This document shows, piece by piece, positions 19,381-38,452 of a stretch of 64,000 bases of DNA; the first letter of the stretch is position 1; every line of letters begins with the position of its first letter. A program made the position numbers and the translations under genes. The notes below the pieces were generated by a model. It did not search any database. It was given only the letters and a program-made list of their open reading frames with translations, and was not told the DNA's origin. Source of the DNA: the human T2T-CHM13v2.0 reference genome, Homo sapiens. The stretch lies in the NCBI RefSeq assembly GCF_009914755.1, contig NC_060936.1; one strand, 5' to 3'.

Positions 19381-19767
19381 AAAGGAATTGAAATTGTGAA
19401 AACTTCAAAACTATGAGTTCAGATGATTTCACTGATTCTATCAGAGATGTAAAGAACTCTTAAATGTTAGAAAAATGGAGGGTGAGTGAACACATCTGAG
19501 CGCATGCTGAGATCTAAGAATCAGTTACTCAACAGATTTCAAGCATTCTGCCCTCACACTGAGTCAAGAGATTCCTAGTGCCACTAATTCCCAAGACTTT
19601 GGCCAATTATGAGTTATTCATTAGTTGCAATTAGATTCTCCACTGCTGGCTTAGTATTCAGCGTTCTTGGGTCAGCTACTTAATCCCTACTCATCCATCA
19701 GTTTTCCAACTTCCTAAATTTTGTCACTGCAATCTCATCTCTCATTTTCTCCTCTTTCTGAATTTGT

Positions 19768-20515
19768 ATTTTTTTATTTTTTTATTTTTTTATTATTATT
19801 ATATTTTAAGTTTTAGGGTACATGTGCACAATGTGCAGGTTAGTTACATACATATACATGTGCCATGCTGGTGTGCTGCACCCATTAACTCGTCGTTTAG
19901 CATTAGGTATATCTCCTAATGCTATCCCTCCCCCCTCCCCCCACCCCATAACAGTCCCCAGAGTGTGATGTTCCCCTTCCTGTGTCCATGTGTTCTCATT
20001 GTTCAATTCCCACCTATGAGTGAGAACATGTGGTGTTTGGTTTTTTGTCCTTGCGATAGTTTACTGAGAATGATGACTTCCAATTTCATCCATGTCCCTA
20101 CAAGGGACATGAACTCATCATTTTTTATGGCTGCATAGTATTCCATGGTGTATAAGTGCCACATTTTCTAAATCCAGTCTATCATTGTTGGACATTTGGG
20201 TTGGTTCCAAGTCTTTGCTATTGTGAATAGTGCCGCAATAAACATACGTGTGCATGTGTCTTGGCCATCAGAGAAATGCAAATCAAAACCACAATGAGAT
20301 ACCATCTCACACCAGTTAGAATGGCAATCGTTAAAAAGTCAGGAAACAACAGGTGCTGGAGAGGATGTGGAGAAATAGGAACACTTTTACACTGTTGGTG
20401 GGACTGTAAACTAGTTCAACCATTGTGGAAGACAGTGTGGCGATTCCTCAGGGATCTAGAACTAGAAATACCATTTGACCCAGCCATCCCATTACTGGGT
20501 GTATACCCAAAAGAC
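19768..20515 (-). mobile_element. L1PA3-like LINE-1, 5'-truncated with 5' inversion
   Basis: Minus-strand tail/3'UTR/ORF2 end 19768-20261 (GGTTAGTTACATA, CAGTCCCCAGAGTGTGATG); plus-strand ORF2 segment 20262-20515 ([20 protein letters not shown]...[18 protein letters not shown]). Confidence 0.93.
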
Positions 20516-20547
20516 TGCGCATTTTTAAAGACTTTTAAAAGCTGAAA

Positions 20548-20925
20548 TTTATCAGTTTCCCATCACTGCTGTAACAAATTATGACAAACTGAGTGGCTTA
20601 AAATGCATTAATTTATTACCTTAGAGTTTTGTAGGTTAGAAGCTGGAAACAGGTCTCACTGGGATAAAAATACTGTGTCAGCAATGCTGTGTCTTTCTCA
20701 AGAAGCTCTAGGGGAGAATCTCTTTCCATATCCTTTCCAGTTTTTGGAAACCACCTGCACTCCTTGACCCATGATCTCTTTCCCCCATCTTCAAAGCCAG
20801 CAACAACAGATCAAGTCTTTCTCATATGTAATCACTCTGGCCTCTCCTGCCTCGCTCTTCGACTTTTGAAAACTGCTGTGATTACATGGGCCCACCTGAG
20901 TATTCCAAAATAATTCCCCTATCTT
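20548..20925 (-). mobile_element. MLT1D-like LTR, part 1
   Basis: CTGCTGTAACAAATTATGACAAACTGAGTGGCTTAAA...CATCTTCAAAGCCAGCAAC...GTGATTACATGGGCCCACC. Confidence 0.8.
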
Positions 20926-21013
20926 TTAATTTTTTAAATTAATTAATTGAAAAAAATTTGGATTCAGGAAGTTTGTTACATGGATATATTGCATGATGCT
21001 GAGGTTTGGGTTT

Positions 21014-21332
21014 ATTTTATTTTATTTTATTTTATTTTTTGTTAATTGAGACAGAGTCTTGTTCTGTCACCCAGGCAGGAGTGCAGTAGCACAATCTCGG
21101 CTCACTGCAACCTCCGCCACCTGGGTTCAAGCAATTCTCATGCCTCAGCCTCCGGAGTAGCTGGGACTACAGGCGTGCGCCACTACCCTGGCTAATTTTT
21201 TTGTATTTTTGGTAGAGACAGGGTTTTGCCATGTTGGCCAGGCTGGTCTTGAACTCCTGACCTTAGGTGATCCACCTGCCTCTGCCTCCCAAAGTGCTGG
21301 GATTACAGACATGAGCCACCCATGCCCGGCCC
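21014..21332 (-). mobile_element. AluSx-like
   Basis: Full antisense dimer with (TTTTA)n tail; TSD AGGTTTGGGTTT at 21002-21013 and 21333-21344. Confidence 0.95.
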
Positions 21333-23319
21333 AGGTTTGGGTTTCTAATGATCCCGTCACCCCAGTAGTGAATATTGTATGCAACAGGTAGTTTTTCAAC
21401 CCTTGCCTATTCCCTTCCCCTCTTTTGTATTCCTTAGTGTTTATTGCCTCCATCTTCATGCCCATGTGTACTCAATGACTAATAATTAGCTCCCACTTAT
21501 AAGTGAGAATATGCAGTATTTGGTTTTCTGTTTCTGTGTTAATTTGCTTAGAATAATGGTCTCCAGCTGCATACATGTTGCTGCAAAGGACATGATTTCG
21601 TTCTTCTTTATGGCTAGTATATACACAATAGATAGTATTTCATGGTGTATATATACCACATTTTCTTTATCCGTCCACCACTGATGGGCACCTGTGTTGA
21701 TTCCATGTCTTTACAATTGTGAATAGTGCTGCAATAAACATACGAGTGCAGGTGTCTGTTTTGTAGAAAGATTTGTTTTCCTTTGGGTAGATACTCAGTA
21801 ATAAGATTGCTGGATCAAATGATAAATCTATTTTTAGTTCTTTGAGAAATCTCCTAACTGCCTATCACAGGGGCTGAACTAATTTGCATTTCCACCAACA
21901 GTGTATAGGCATTCCCTTTTCTCTGCAACCTTACCAACATCTGTTCTTTTTTGACTTTCTAATAATAGCCATTCTGACTGGTGTGAAATGGTATCACATT
22001 GTGGTTTTGATTTGCATCTGTCTGATGATGCGTGATGTTGAGCATTTTTTCATACGTTTGTTGGCTGTCTGTATGTCTTCTTTTGAGAAGTGTCTGTTCA
22101 TGCCCTTTGCCCACTTTTTAATGAGATTGTCTTTTTTCTGGTTGATTTGTTTAAGCTCCTTATAGATTCTATATATTAGTCCTTTGCCAGATGCATAGTT
22201 TGCAAATATTGTCTCCCATTCTGAAGGCTGTCTGTTTACTCCACTGACAGTTTCTTTCATTGTGCAGAAGCTCTTTAGTTTAATTAGGTCCCAATTGTCC
22301 ATTTTTGCTTTTGTTGCATTTGCTTTTAAGGACTTAGTCATAAATTCTTTGCCTAGATCAATGTATAGAAGAGTATTTCCTAGGTTTTCTTTTTGGGGTT
22401 TTATACTTTCAGATCTTACATTTAAGTCTTTAATTCATCTTGACTTAATTTTTGCATATGGTGAGAGGTAGGGGTCCAGTTTCATTCTCCTGTGTAGGGT
22501 CAGCCAATTTTCTCAGAATCATCTATTGAATAGGGCATCCTTCCCCATTATTTATTTTTGTTGACGTTGTTAAAGGCCAGTTGGTTGTAGGTGTGTAGCT
22601 TTATTTATGGGTTCTCTATTCTGTTCCATTGGTCTATGTGTTTCTTTTTGTCTGAGTACCATGCTGTTCTGGTTACCGTAGCATTATAGTATAGTTTGAA
22701 GTTGGGTAATGTGATGCATCTGAGTTTACTCTTTTTGCTTAGGATTGCTTTGGCTATGTAGGCTCTTCTTTTGATTCCACAAGCATTTTAGAACAGTTTT
22801 TTCTTATTCTATGAAAAATGACATAGGTAATTTGATAGGAATAGCCTTGATCTATAGATTGCTTTGGGCAGCATAGACATTTTAACAATATTAATTCTTC
22901 CAATCCATAAGCATAGAATGCTTTTCCATTTGTTTGTGTCATCTGTGATTTCTTTCAGCATTGTTTTGTAGTTCTCCTTGTAGAAATCTTTCACCTCCTT
23001 GGTTATATGTATTCTTAGATATCATATTTTTTGTGTGGCTATTGCAAATGGAATTGTGTTCTTGATGGGGTTCTCTGCATGCATGTTATTGGTGTATAGA
23101 ACTGTTACTGATTATTTTTATACATGAATTTTGTATCCTGAAACTTTACTGAAGTCATTGATTAGGTCTAGAAGTCTTTTGGAGGAATTTTAGGGGTTTC
23201 TAGGTACAGGATTATATCATCAGTAAACAGAGATAATCTGATATCCTCTTTTCCTATTTGGATGCCTTTTATCTCTTTCTCTTGCCTAATTGCTCTGGCT
23301 AGGATTTCCATTACTATAT

Positions 23320-23683
23320 TGTATTAGTCCATTTTCACCCTGCTGATAATGACATACCTGAGACTGGGCAACTTACAAAAGAAAGAGATTTATTGGACTT
23401 ACAATTCCACATGGCTGGGGAGGCCTCACAATAATGGAGGAAGGCAAGGAGGAGCAAGTCATATCTTACATGGGTGGCTGCAGGCAAAGAGAGAGCTTGT
23501 GCAGAGAAACTTCCATTCTTAAAACCATCAGATCTCCTGACACCATTCACTATCATGAGAACAGCCCAGGAAAGACCTGCCCCCATGATTCAGTCATCTC
23601 CCACTGGGTCCTCCCACAACACGTGGGAATTATGGGTGCTACTAGATGAGTTTTGGGTTGGGACACAGAGCCAAACCATACCA
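23320..23683 (-). mobile_element. THE1B-like MaLR solo LTR
   Basis: TGTATTAGTCC...GAGCCAAACCATACCA; 5-bp TSD TATAT/TATGT; interrupts the L1 ORF2 RT region. Confidence 0.9.
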
Positions 23684-24016
23684 TATGTTGAATAGGAGTG
23701 GTGAGAGTGGACATCCTTGTCTTTTTCTAGTTCTCAGGGAGAATGCTTCCAACTATTGCCTATTCAGTGTGATGTTGGCTGTGGGTTTGTCATAGAATGG
23801 CAGTATATTCCTTTGATTCCTAATTTGCTGAAGGTTTTTAGCATGAAGGGATGTTGGATTTTATCAACTGCATTTTCTGCATCTATTCAGATAATCATGT
23901 GATTTTTGTTTTGAAATTCTGGTTATGCGGTGAATCATATTTATTGGTTTGAATATGTTGAGCCATCTTTGCATCCCAGTAATAAAATTCACTTGATTGT
24001 GGTGAATTAACTTTTT

Positions 24017-30335
<6,319 letters not shown>

Positions 30336-31156
30336 GTGCTGAATTAACTTTTTAATGTGCTGCTGAATTCAATGTGCTAGTATTTTGTTAAGGATCTTTT
30401 GTGTCTATGTTCATCAGGGAAATTAGTCTGTAGTTTTCTTTTTCTGTTGTGACTTTGCCAGACTATTGTATCAGGATGATACTGGTTTTTTAGAATGAGT
30501 TATTCGCATTGTATCAGATAAAATAGACTTTAAATGAGTTAAGGAGAAGTCCCTCCTCCTTGATTTTTTGAAATAGTTTCAGTGGGATAGGGACCAAATC
30601 TTCGTAGATCTCGTAGAATTTGGCTATGAACCCATATAGTCCACAGCTTTTTTTTTTTTTTTGGTTGGTAAGTTTTTTATTACGGATTTAATTTTATTAC
30701 TCATTGTTTCTCAGTTGAGGATTTCTGTTTCTTCCTCATTCAATCTTGGGAGGCTTTGTGTTTCTAGGAATTTAACCATCTCTTCTAGATTTTCTAGTTT
30801 GTGTGCATAGAGTTGTTCATAGTAGTGTCTGAGAATCTTTTGTATTTCTGTGGGATTAATTATGATGTCACCTTTGTCATTTCTGATTGTGCTTATTTGG
30901 GTGTTTTCTTTTTTCCTTTGTTAATTTACTAGCTGCCTATCAATTTTATTTATTTTTTCAAAAAAATCAACTTTTTGTTTCATTGATCCTTTTGTATGTC
31001 TTTTTGAGGTCACAATTTCATTTAGTTCTGCTCTAATTTTAGTTATTTCTTTTCTTCTGCTAGCTATAGGTTTAGTTTTTTATTGTTTTTCTAGTTTCTT
31101 TAGGTGTGAGATTAGGGATCTTTCTATCTTCGACATCTTTCTTCCTTTTTTTTCTT

Positions 31157-31182
31157 TCCTAGCCACTGGACAACCATTGGAA
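31157..31182 (-). pseudogene. Putative 5' tRNA-Glu fragment retrocopy
   Basis: Minus strand TTCCAATGGTTGTCCAGTGGCTAGGA; 18/20 identity to the recalled tRNA-Glu-TTC 5' end (TGGTGGTCTAGTGGCTAGGA), followed by an A-rich tract and flanked by CTATCTTC repeats. Confidence 0.5.
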
Positions 31183-33478
31183 CTATCTTCTTGATGTACA
31201 CATTTAGCATTATAAACTTCCCTCTTAACACTGCTTTTGCCACATCTCAGAGGTTGTGGTATGTTGTGTCTGTATTTTCATTTGCTTCAAATAATTTTTG
31301 ATTTCTGCCTTTTGTACCCAAAAGGTATTCAGAAGCAGCTGTTTAGTTTCCATGTGTTTGTGGTTTTTAGAGTTCCTCTTCATATTGATTTCTATTTTTA
31401 TTCCACTGTGGTCTAAGAAGATGGTTGGTATGATTGAAATTGTTAAAAATTTTTTGTGACTTACTTTAGAACTGAGTATTTGGTCAATCTGATAGTATGC
31501 TCTGTGTTCAGATGAGAAGAATGTTTATTCTGTGGTTGTTGGTTGGAGTATTCTGTAGATGTCTATTAGGTCCAATTGGTCAAGGGCCGAATTTAAGTCC
31601 AGAATTTCTTTGTTAGTTTTCTGCCTTGATGATCTGTCTAATCCTGTCAGTGGGGTGCTGAAGTCCCCCATTATTATTGTGTTGCTGCCAAAGTCTTTTC
31701 TTAGGTGTAGAAGTAATTGTTGGTTTTTTTACCCTCCAAATCTCCTGTTAAATAGAAGTAATTGTTTTATAAATCTGGGTACTTCAATATTTAGTGCATA
31801 TATATTTAGAATAGTTAAGCCTTCCTGTTGAAATGAACCCTTTATCATTATGTAATGCCCTTCTTTGTCCATTTTTACTGTTGTTGGTTTAAAGTCTATT
31901 TTATCTGCTAAAAGAAGACTGACTTTTGCTTTTTGTTTGTTTGTTTGTTTTCCATTTGCATTATAGATCTTTCTCCATCTCTTATTTTGAGCCTATGAGT
32001 GTCATTAAATGTAAGATGGATCTCTTCAAGACAGCAGAAGATGGGTTTTGGTTTTTATCCAATTTGCCACTCTATGTCTTTTAAGTGGAGTGCTAAGGCC
32101 ATTTATGTTCAAGATTAATATTGATATGTGAGGTTTTGTTCCTGTTATAGTGTTGTTGGCCAGCTCCTTTGTAGTCTCAATTATGTACTTGTTTTATAGA
32201 GCCCATGGGCTCTGTGCTTGTGTGCCCTTTTGTGGTAGCAAGTATTATTACTTTGTCCCCATGTTCTAATCTCTGTTAAGCATCTCTTGTACGGCTGGTC
32301 TGATGGTGACCAATTATCTTAGCAATTGCTTGTCTGCAAAAGATTGTATTTCTCTTTTGTTTGTGAAGCTTAGTTTGGCAGGGTATGGAATTCTTGGCTG
32401 GCATTTCTTTATTTTAAGAATGCTGAAAACAGACCCTCAATGTTTTCTGGTTTGTAAGGTTTCTGCTGAGAAGTCTGCTGTTAATCTTATGGGTTTTCCT
32501 TTATAGGTAATAATAACCCTTTTATCTGGCTGCTTTTAATATTTTTTCTTTCACACTGATCTTGGATAGTGTGATGACTATGTGCCTTGGGGATGACTGC
32601 TTTGTGTAGTATCTCACAGGAGTTCTCTGGATTTTTTCTCTGTGTGCTGACATCTCTAGCAAGATTGGGAAAAATTTTCTGAATTATATCCTAAAACATG
32701 TTTTTCAAGGTGCTTACTTTCTGTTCTTCTCTCTCAGGAAGGCCAATAAGTCATAGACTTGGTTGCTTTACATAATCCCATATTTCTTGAAGACTTTGTT
32801 CATTTTTTAAATTCTTTTTTCTTTATTTTTGTTGTTGGACTGGGTTAATTCAAAGGTCTGGTCTTCAAGCTCTGAAATTATTTATTTTGCTTGGCCAGTC
32901 TGTTGTCAAAGATTTCAATTGTGTTTTCAAACACCATTAGTGAATTTTTCAATTCCAGGCGTTTTATTTGGTTCTTTCTCAATATAGCTATGATATTTTT
33001 CAAATCTTGGGTCATTTTTCTGGCTTCTTTGTGTTGGATTTGAACTTTCTCTTGAACCTTGTTGAGTTTCTTTTCCATCCATATACTGAATTCTATATCT
33101 GTCATTTTAGACATTTCATTTTCTGGTTAGGATTCATTGCTTGGGAGCTAGTGGGATACTTTGGAGATGATGAAACACTCTTGGCTTTTTGTATTGCAGG
33201 AGTTCTTATTATGATTCCTTCTCATCTGAGAGCTGACACTTCTTTTTTTCTTGAATTTGCTATTGTTTGGATGGGGATTTTTTATTTTCTTATTCTTTTT
33301 CCGCTAGGGGTATGACTGTGGTGTATATTGTGTATGATTGGTTGGCTTCATTTCTGTGTGCTTTCAGGGGCTAAGGCTCTGTATAGGTTTCTTGGCTGCA
33401 GACAGGTTTGTGCAGCGGCTTTCTCAGGCAATGCTTGTAGAGATATAATTTTGTTTTGTGGTGTAATTCAGGCTGCAT

Positions 33479-33494
33479 TCCAGTAGATGGCACT
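33479..33494 (+). promoter_or_regulatory. Candidate CTCF site in the L1PA15/16 5'UTR
   Basis: TCCAGTAGATGGCACT matches the CTCF core CCASYAGRKGGCRS. Confidence 0.45.
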
Positions 33495-35144
33495 TAAGAG
33501 CAAGAGCCTACAGGTAGGGGCAGGAGTGGGGGCAACGGACAAGTGAGAAAGGGCCCTTCTTTAGTATGCATTCATCTTCAGTGGGGGGTGGAGCCTCTGG
33601 AGAAGCCCAAGAAGTGGTCTCTTTTGGCCCACACTCCCCAGGCCAGAATGGGAAGAACTTGCTGAATTTGTAACAGTGCACTGAGGAAGAGTGTGGGGAG
33701 ATGAGAGATGATCCCTTTCCACGTTCATTGCTGGGCTTTTGTGGTATTGCCTTCAACAGCTGGTTCTGCCCTTATTTTCTTTGACCCTAGGGGGGCTTTG
33801 GCAGGCTGCACTCCGCACTCCCTTGGAGTGAACCACACTGAGCGTTATGTTTCCAGGGGAGTGAGGCCCACCTCCCTCTCACTCCTCAGAGTTGATGGGG
33901 CACTGTCCCCTAACTGACCAGGGGAGCAGGCCAAGGCACCCAGAAATGACACATGCAGACTGGTATCAGGTCACAAAGCTGTCCCTGGCTGAAAGTCTCA
34001 CTGCCCAGGAGAAACCTAGGCTTCAACAACTCTTCTCCTGCTCCAATACTGCAATGGGAGAGAACCTAATTCCACTTCCTACTGCTGGGGCAATCTCCAC
34101 ACTCACTGCTCAATTCTGGCTGTGGTGGGGGTCCTTGCCCCATTCCAGAGAAAGTACTATGGTCTCTGGCCTAAAACTAAAATAGTTACTGTGGCCACCA
34201 TTGCCAGGTCACCAAACAATGTCTCTAAACTCTCAAAATGGTGCCAGCTGTGGGCTTGTGACCAAAGAGGGTGAGACCTCTCTCAGATGAGCAGCATGGG
34301 TGAGAAGCTGTGAGGAGTGAGGTCTGCTCAAATCTTGGTCTCACAGTAGCTCATAGCAGGGCAATGGGTATTGACCAAGGTATATGTAGGAGAGTCTGGC
34401 TTTCCTGCGCCTCCTTGGCTGGGCAGCAGCTACAGCTGCATCAGCCCAAATTCAGGCAGAGGGTGTGGCACAGCTCAGCATTAAACTCTCAAAATGGCAA
34501 ATATCTTGGGCCTGAGATCGGAGAGAGCAGGGCATCTCTTGGGTGAGTAGCATGAGCAAGATACCATGGGGAATGTGGTCCACTCATGTATCAGTCTCAC
34601 AGCAGCTTACAGCAGGGCAGCAGGGACCCTCTCAGGGGTGCATGGGCATGCACATTTTCCCCTCTCCCTCCTTGGGGAAATGCAGCAGTGGCTGCAGCCC
34701 TGTCCGTAGATCCCCAGTATCTGGGGTCTCAAAATGGCCCAGCTGATGCTGCTCCAGGCTCGGATGCCTGTGGAATTCTGTGTGGATTCCCTTTCTGGAG
34801 CAATGTCTCCATGCAATCTTTAGGCAGCTCTATATGTCAGGAACAATGTCCTAGTGGGTCCAAGGTTTCTCCCATAGCCAAGATCACAAAACCCGATTTC
34901 AGAGCTTGGGGGATTTCTCTTACTGTTTCCCTGCATCCAGGGGTCTTTCCCAGCTCTTAGTCACTTCCTGCTACGTAAGCTGCCTCAAACCCTCACTTAC
35001 TTAATTCTGGTGTTTCCCATCTCTTCTCTGGTGAATCCAAGCATTCTCTCCTGTTAGAAATATGAGTATCTACTTAACGATTCTGGCTCTTCTCCATGGA
35101 GGAGTCACACACTACCTGTGTGTAGACAGCCATCTTGATCTGTT

Positions 35145-35282
35145 CTTGTCTTCAAGCCAGCTGATTAGCAACCTTAATTCCATCTGCAACCTTAGTTCTC
35201 CCTTGCCCTGGAGCATAACATATTCAGAGGTTTCCAGGATTAGAATGTGGGCACCTTTGGGTTTAGGATTCTGCCTACTGCA
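35145..35282 (-). mobile_element. MLT1D-like LTR, part 2 (continuation of 20548-20925)
   Basis: CAGCTGATTAGCAACCTTAATTCCATCTGCAACCTT...ATTCTGCCTACTGCA. Confidence 0.8.
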
Positions 35283-36870
35283 ATATGTGATGCCAAAGTG
35301 GCCCAAATAAGCACCACATTCCGTCACAGAATGAAAGGGCCTATCACCACTGCTTTGCCAGCTCTAGGCATTGTTTTCCTTCATTTTGCCAATTTGTCAA
35401 GACAATAATATCACAGATGATCTTTATTTGTACTTATTTGATTACTAATGAGCCTGAGTAACTTTGTTATAGGTGGGAACTTTTTGTTTTGTCTTCTTTG
35501 GTGAAGAAAATCCATGACCTTTGCACAATTTTTAAAGGTCTTTTTTGCTTGTTTTTTTTTTTTTTTAAGATTTAAGAGATACTAACTCTGCATATGTGCT
35601 ATAAATGTGGTTTTTTTTTCAGCTCATTTGTCCCTCAATTCTTTTTATAGTTTTTTTACTACACCAATTTTTAATTATGATTACACAGTCAAATCTGCCA
35701 ATGATTTTCTTTAGGTTCCTAGTCTTTTTACTCTGTTTGGAAAAATATTCTGTACTCCAAAGAAAGAAAATTTCACTGGACTTTTCAGTGCTCTTGTAAA
35801 GAGTTCTAACCTCCTGAAACATAGAAATGTTTATGGTATAAAGATAGGAAATGTTTTCTTTCACTTCCCCTAGAAGGATTTCATACCATGACAATTAAAT
35901 CTGTAGCTGTTTATCTAGTTAATTGCTCTGCTCCAAGAAGGCCAAATGGTTACAGTCTGCACTAGGTCCTTAAGTTACGACTCAAGGTATCCGGAAGATG
36001 GGTGCACTGTCTCCCTAAGTATTTACACTTAAAAGGGATGAAATCCAGACTTTGGACACATATCTAGGTGAAAACAGCTGGATCTTTGGTTCTTAGAAGA
36101 ATACATTTACAATCAGAAGTTAGAGCAAGAACCCAGGATGCCCATCGTATGTGCATTTAAGACGAAATTAATAAAGATGAATATTGAAAACCCAACAGCC
36201 ACTCCAAAGTTATATGAATATCCTATCTTTTCCTGGTAATTTATAGTTTCATTTGCTACATTTAAATATTGATCCATCTGTGTTTTATTTGGTGTATGGA
36301 TGGAGTGAAATATAGATTTCGTTTTTTCCTACAAATGGCTCTCCAATGCCATAATGCCATTTCTGAAAATAAATTTTTCCTCTATGATTTGAAGTCTCAG
36401 TGGGGTAGGAAGTATGGCAGAGACATCTTAGTTTCATTTTATAATTAGGAAATCCAAGGTCCGGAATGGTTAAATGACTTGAGTTTATTGAGAAATATTG
36501 GTGAGCCAGGACTAAAGTTTTTGTCAAAATCCTCCTTCTCGACACCACACCTCCCCCAGAAAGAGGGTTTTTGTAGTTTCTTTCTGGAAATCAATGAAAA
36601 TAATCTATAGGGGAAAATGATCATTAAGGCTATATATATAAAGTGATGATTAAGGCTATACATCACACTGTATCATCTTGAACAAAACACAGTATCAGTG
36701 GCAATTTCTCCTTACTACAGATTCTCAGAATCAGTTCCAAACTGACTTTGTGTGTTTTTCCTATCAATAGGCTGTCTCTTCCAATAATCTATGGTAAAAG
36801 TTTAAGAAATTTGTAAAGATATGAATAAACCACTATGCTTGCTTAAATACCAAATTAAAGAAGAAAACTG

Positions 36871-37146
<276 letters not shown>

Positions 37147-38452
37147 AAGAAAACTGTTGTAACTCTTGTCAAAAACAAAAACTTTGACTTCTTCCATATA
37201 AAAAAGTAAGCAATTTTTAAAATAACCTATGAATGACTTTTCTCCAAGGACCATTATTCAAACTACCTAAGAAGATGGAATTTTCTCTGTGACCAACTTC
37301 ACACAATCACTAGCACCTTATTTTTTTATTTTTAATCTTTAAAAATGTATTTAATACATCAGAGTGACTTGTTTGCATCTTTTCCTGAAGGACCACCTAT
37401 GCTTTCAACTGAAATGGAAAAAAATATCTTGAAAATGTTTCCGCCTCAAGCTGAACACAAAATTTGTAGGGGGCCACTTAGGGAGCGAAAACTGAGATAT
37501 GTGTGGACTCAAAACTACCAAAATCTGGGTCACTGGTGATATGAGTTATAGATGTGTGAAGACCACCACCCATTGATACCTCTATTCTGTCTACTTAACT
37601 TTAAGTCACAAGTACAGGCATGCTTGAAGAAGTTTTTTTTTCCTTTTCTATTTGTTCAGGAAACATTATAATACATTAAGAAATATTAAAGTAAATGGAA
37701 AAAGATACCTGCATACCATCTTTATGATGTCATAAGACTTTTTTTATTTTGTTTTTAACTCATTCAACCAGTATTATTAAATATGTTTTGAGTTTCATAT
37801 TTGTTATATATTTTATATAGTCAAAATCACAGAATACAAATAAATAAAAATGTTTTACTCATTTTCACTTAACATTACTTTGAACATTACATTTTCCATG
37901 TAGTCAGATTTTTTATTTTATCATAAATTCAATGGTGATAAAATAGTCCATTTAGTTATAACATATAATTGGCTTAACTGTTTTCCATTTATGTCAATTT
38001 AAATTTCGGTCAGGTTTTTGCTAGTAAAAAAATGCTACAGTATGCATTAAGCATATTGGCCTATATAAATTCTTTTTAAAATAATTAACTTAGAATAAAT
38101 CTCCAGAACTGATATCAAAGTGTCAAAAGTTCTGCACATTTTTAGGACTCTTACTACCAAATTATTTCCCAAGGATTGCTACCTACTTACGCAGCTTTCA
38201 ACAAGGTATAAATATACCCATTTCCCTGGATAATAACTGACCTTGGTTTTTAATATTAACTCTCTTGAAATTTTAAAATAATTCTTCATTGTCCAAATTA
38301 ATTTTTTTTAGTGGCAAATGTGAATGCTTTCTCAAATGCTTATTATCTGAACTTCTTTTTATGTGAATAGTTCGTGTGCCTTTTTTCATGTACCTATTGG
38401 GATACCGTTGGAGTTCTTGTAAAGCTGTAAAAACTTTTTACATACCATCGAG

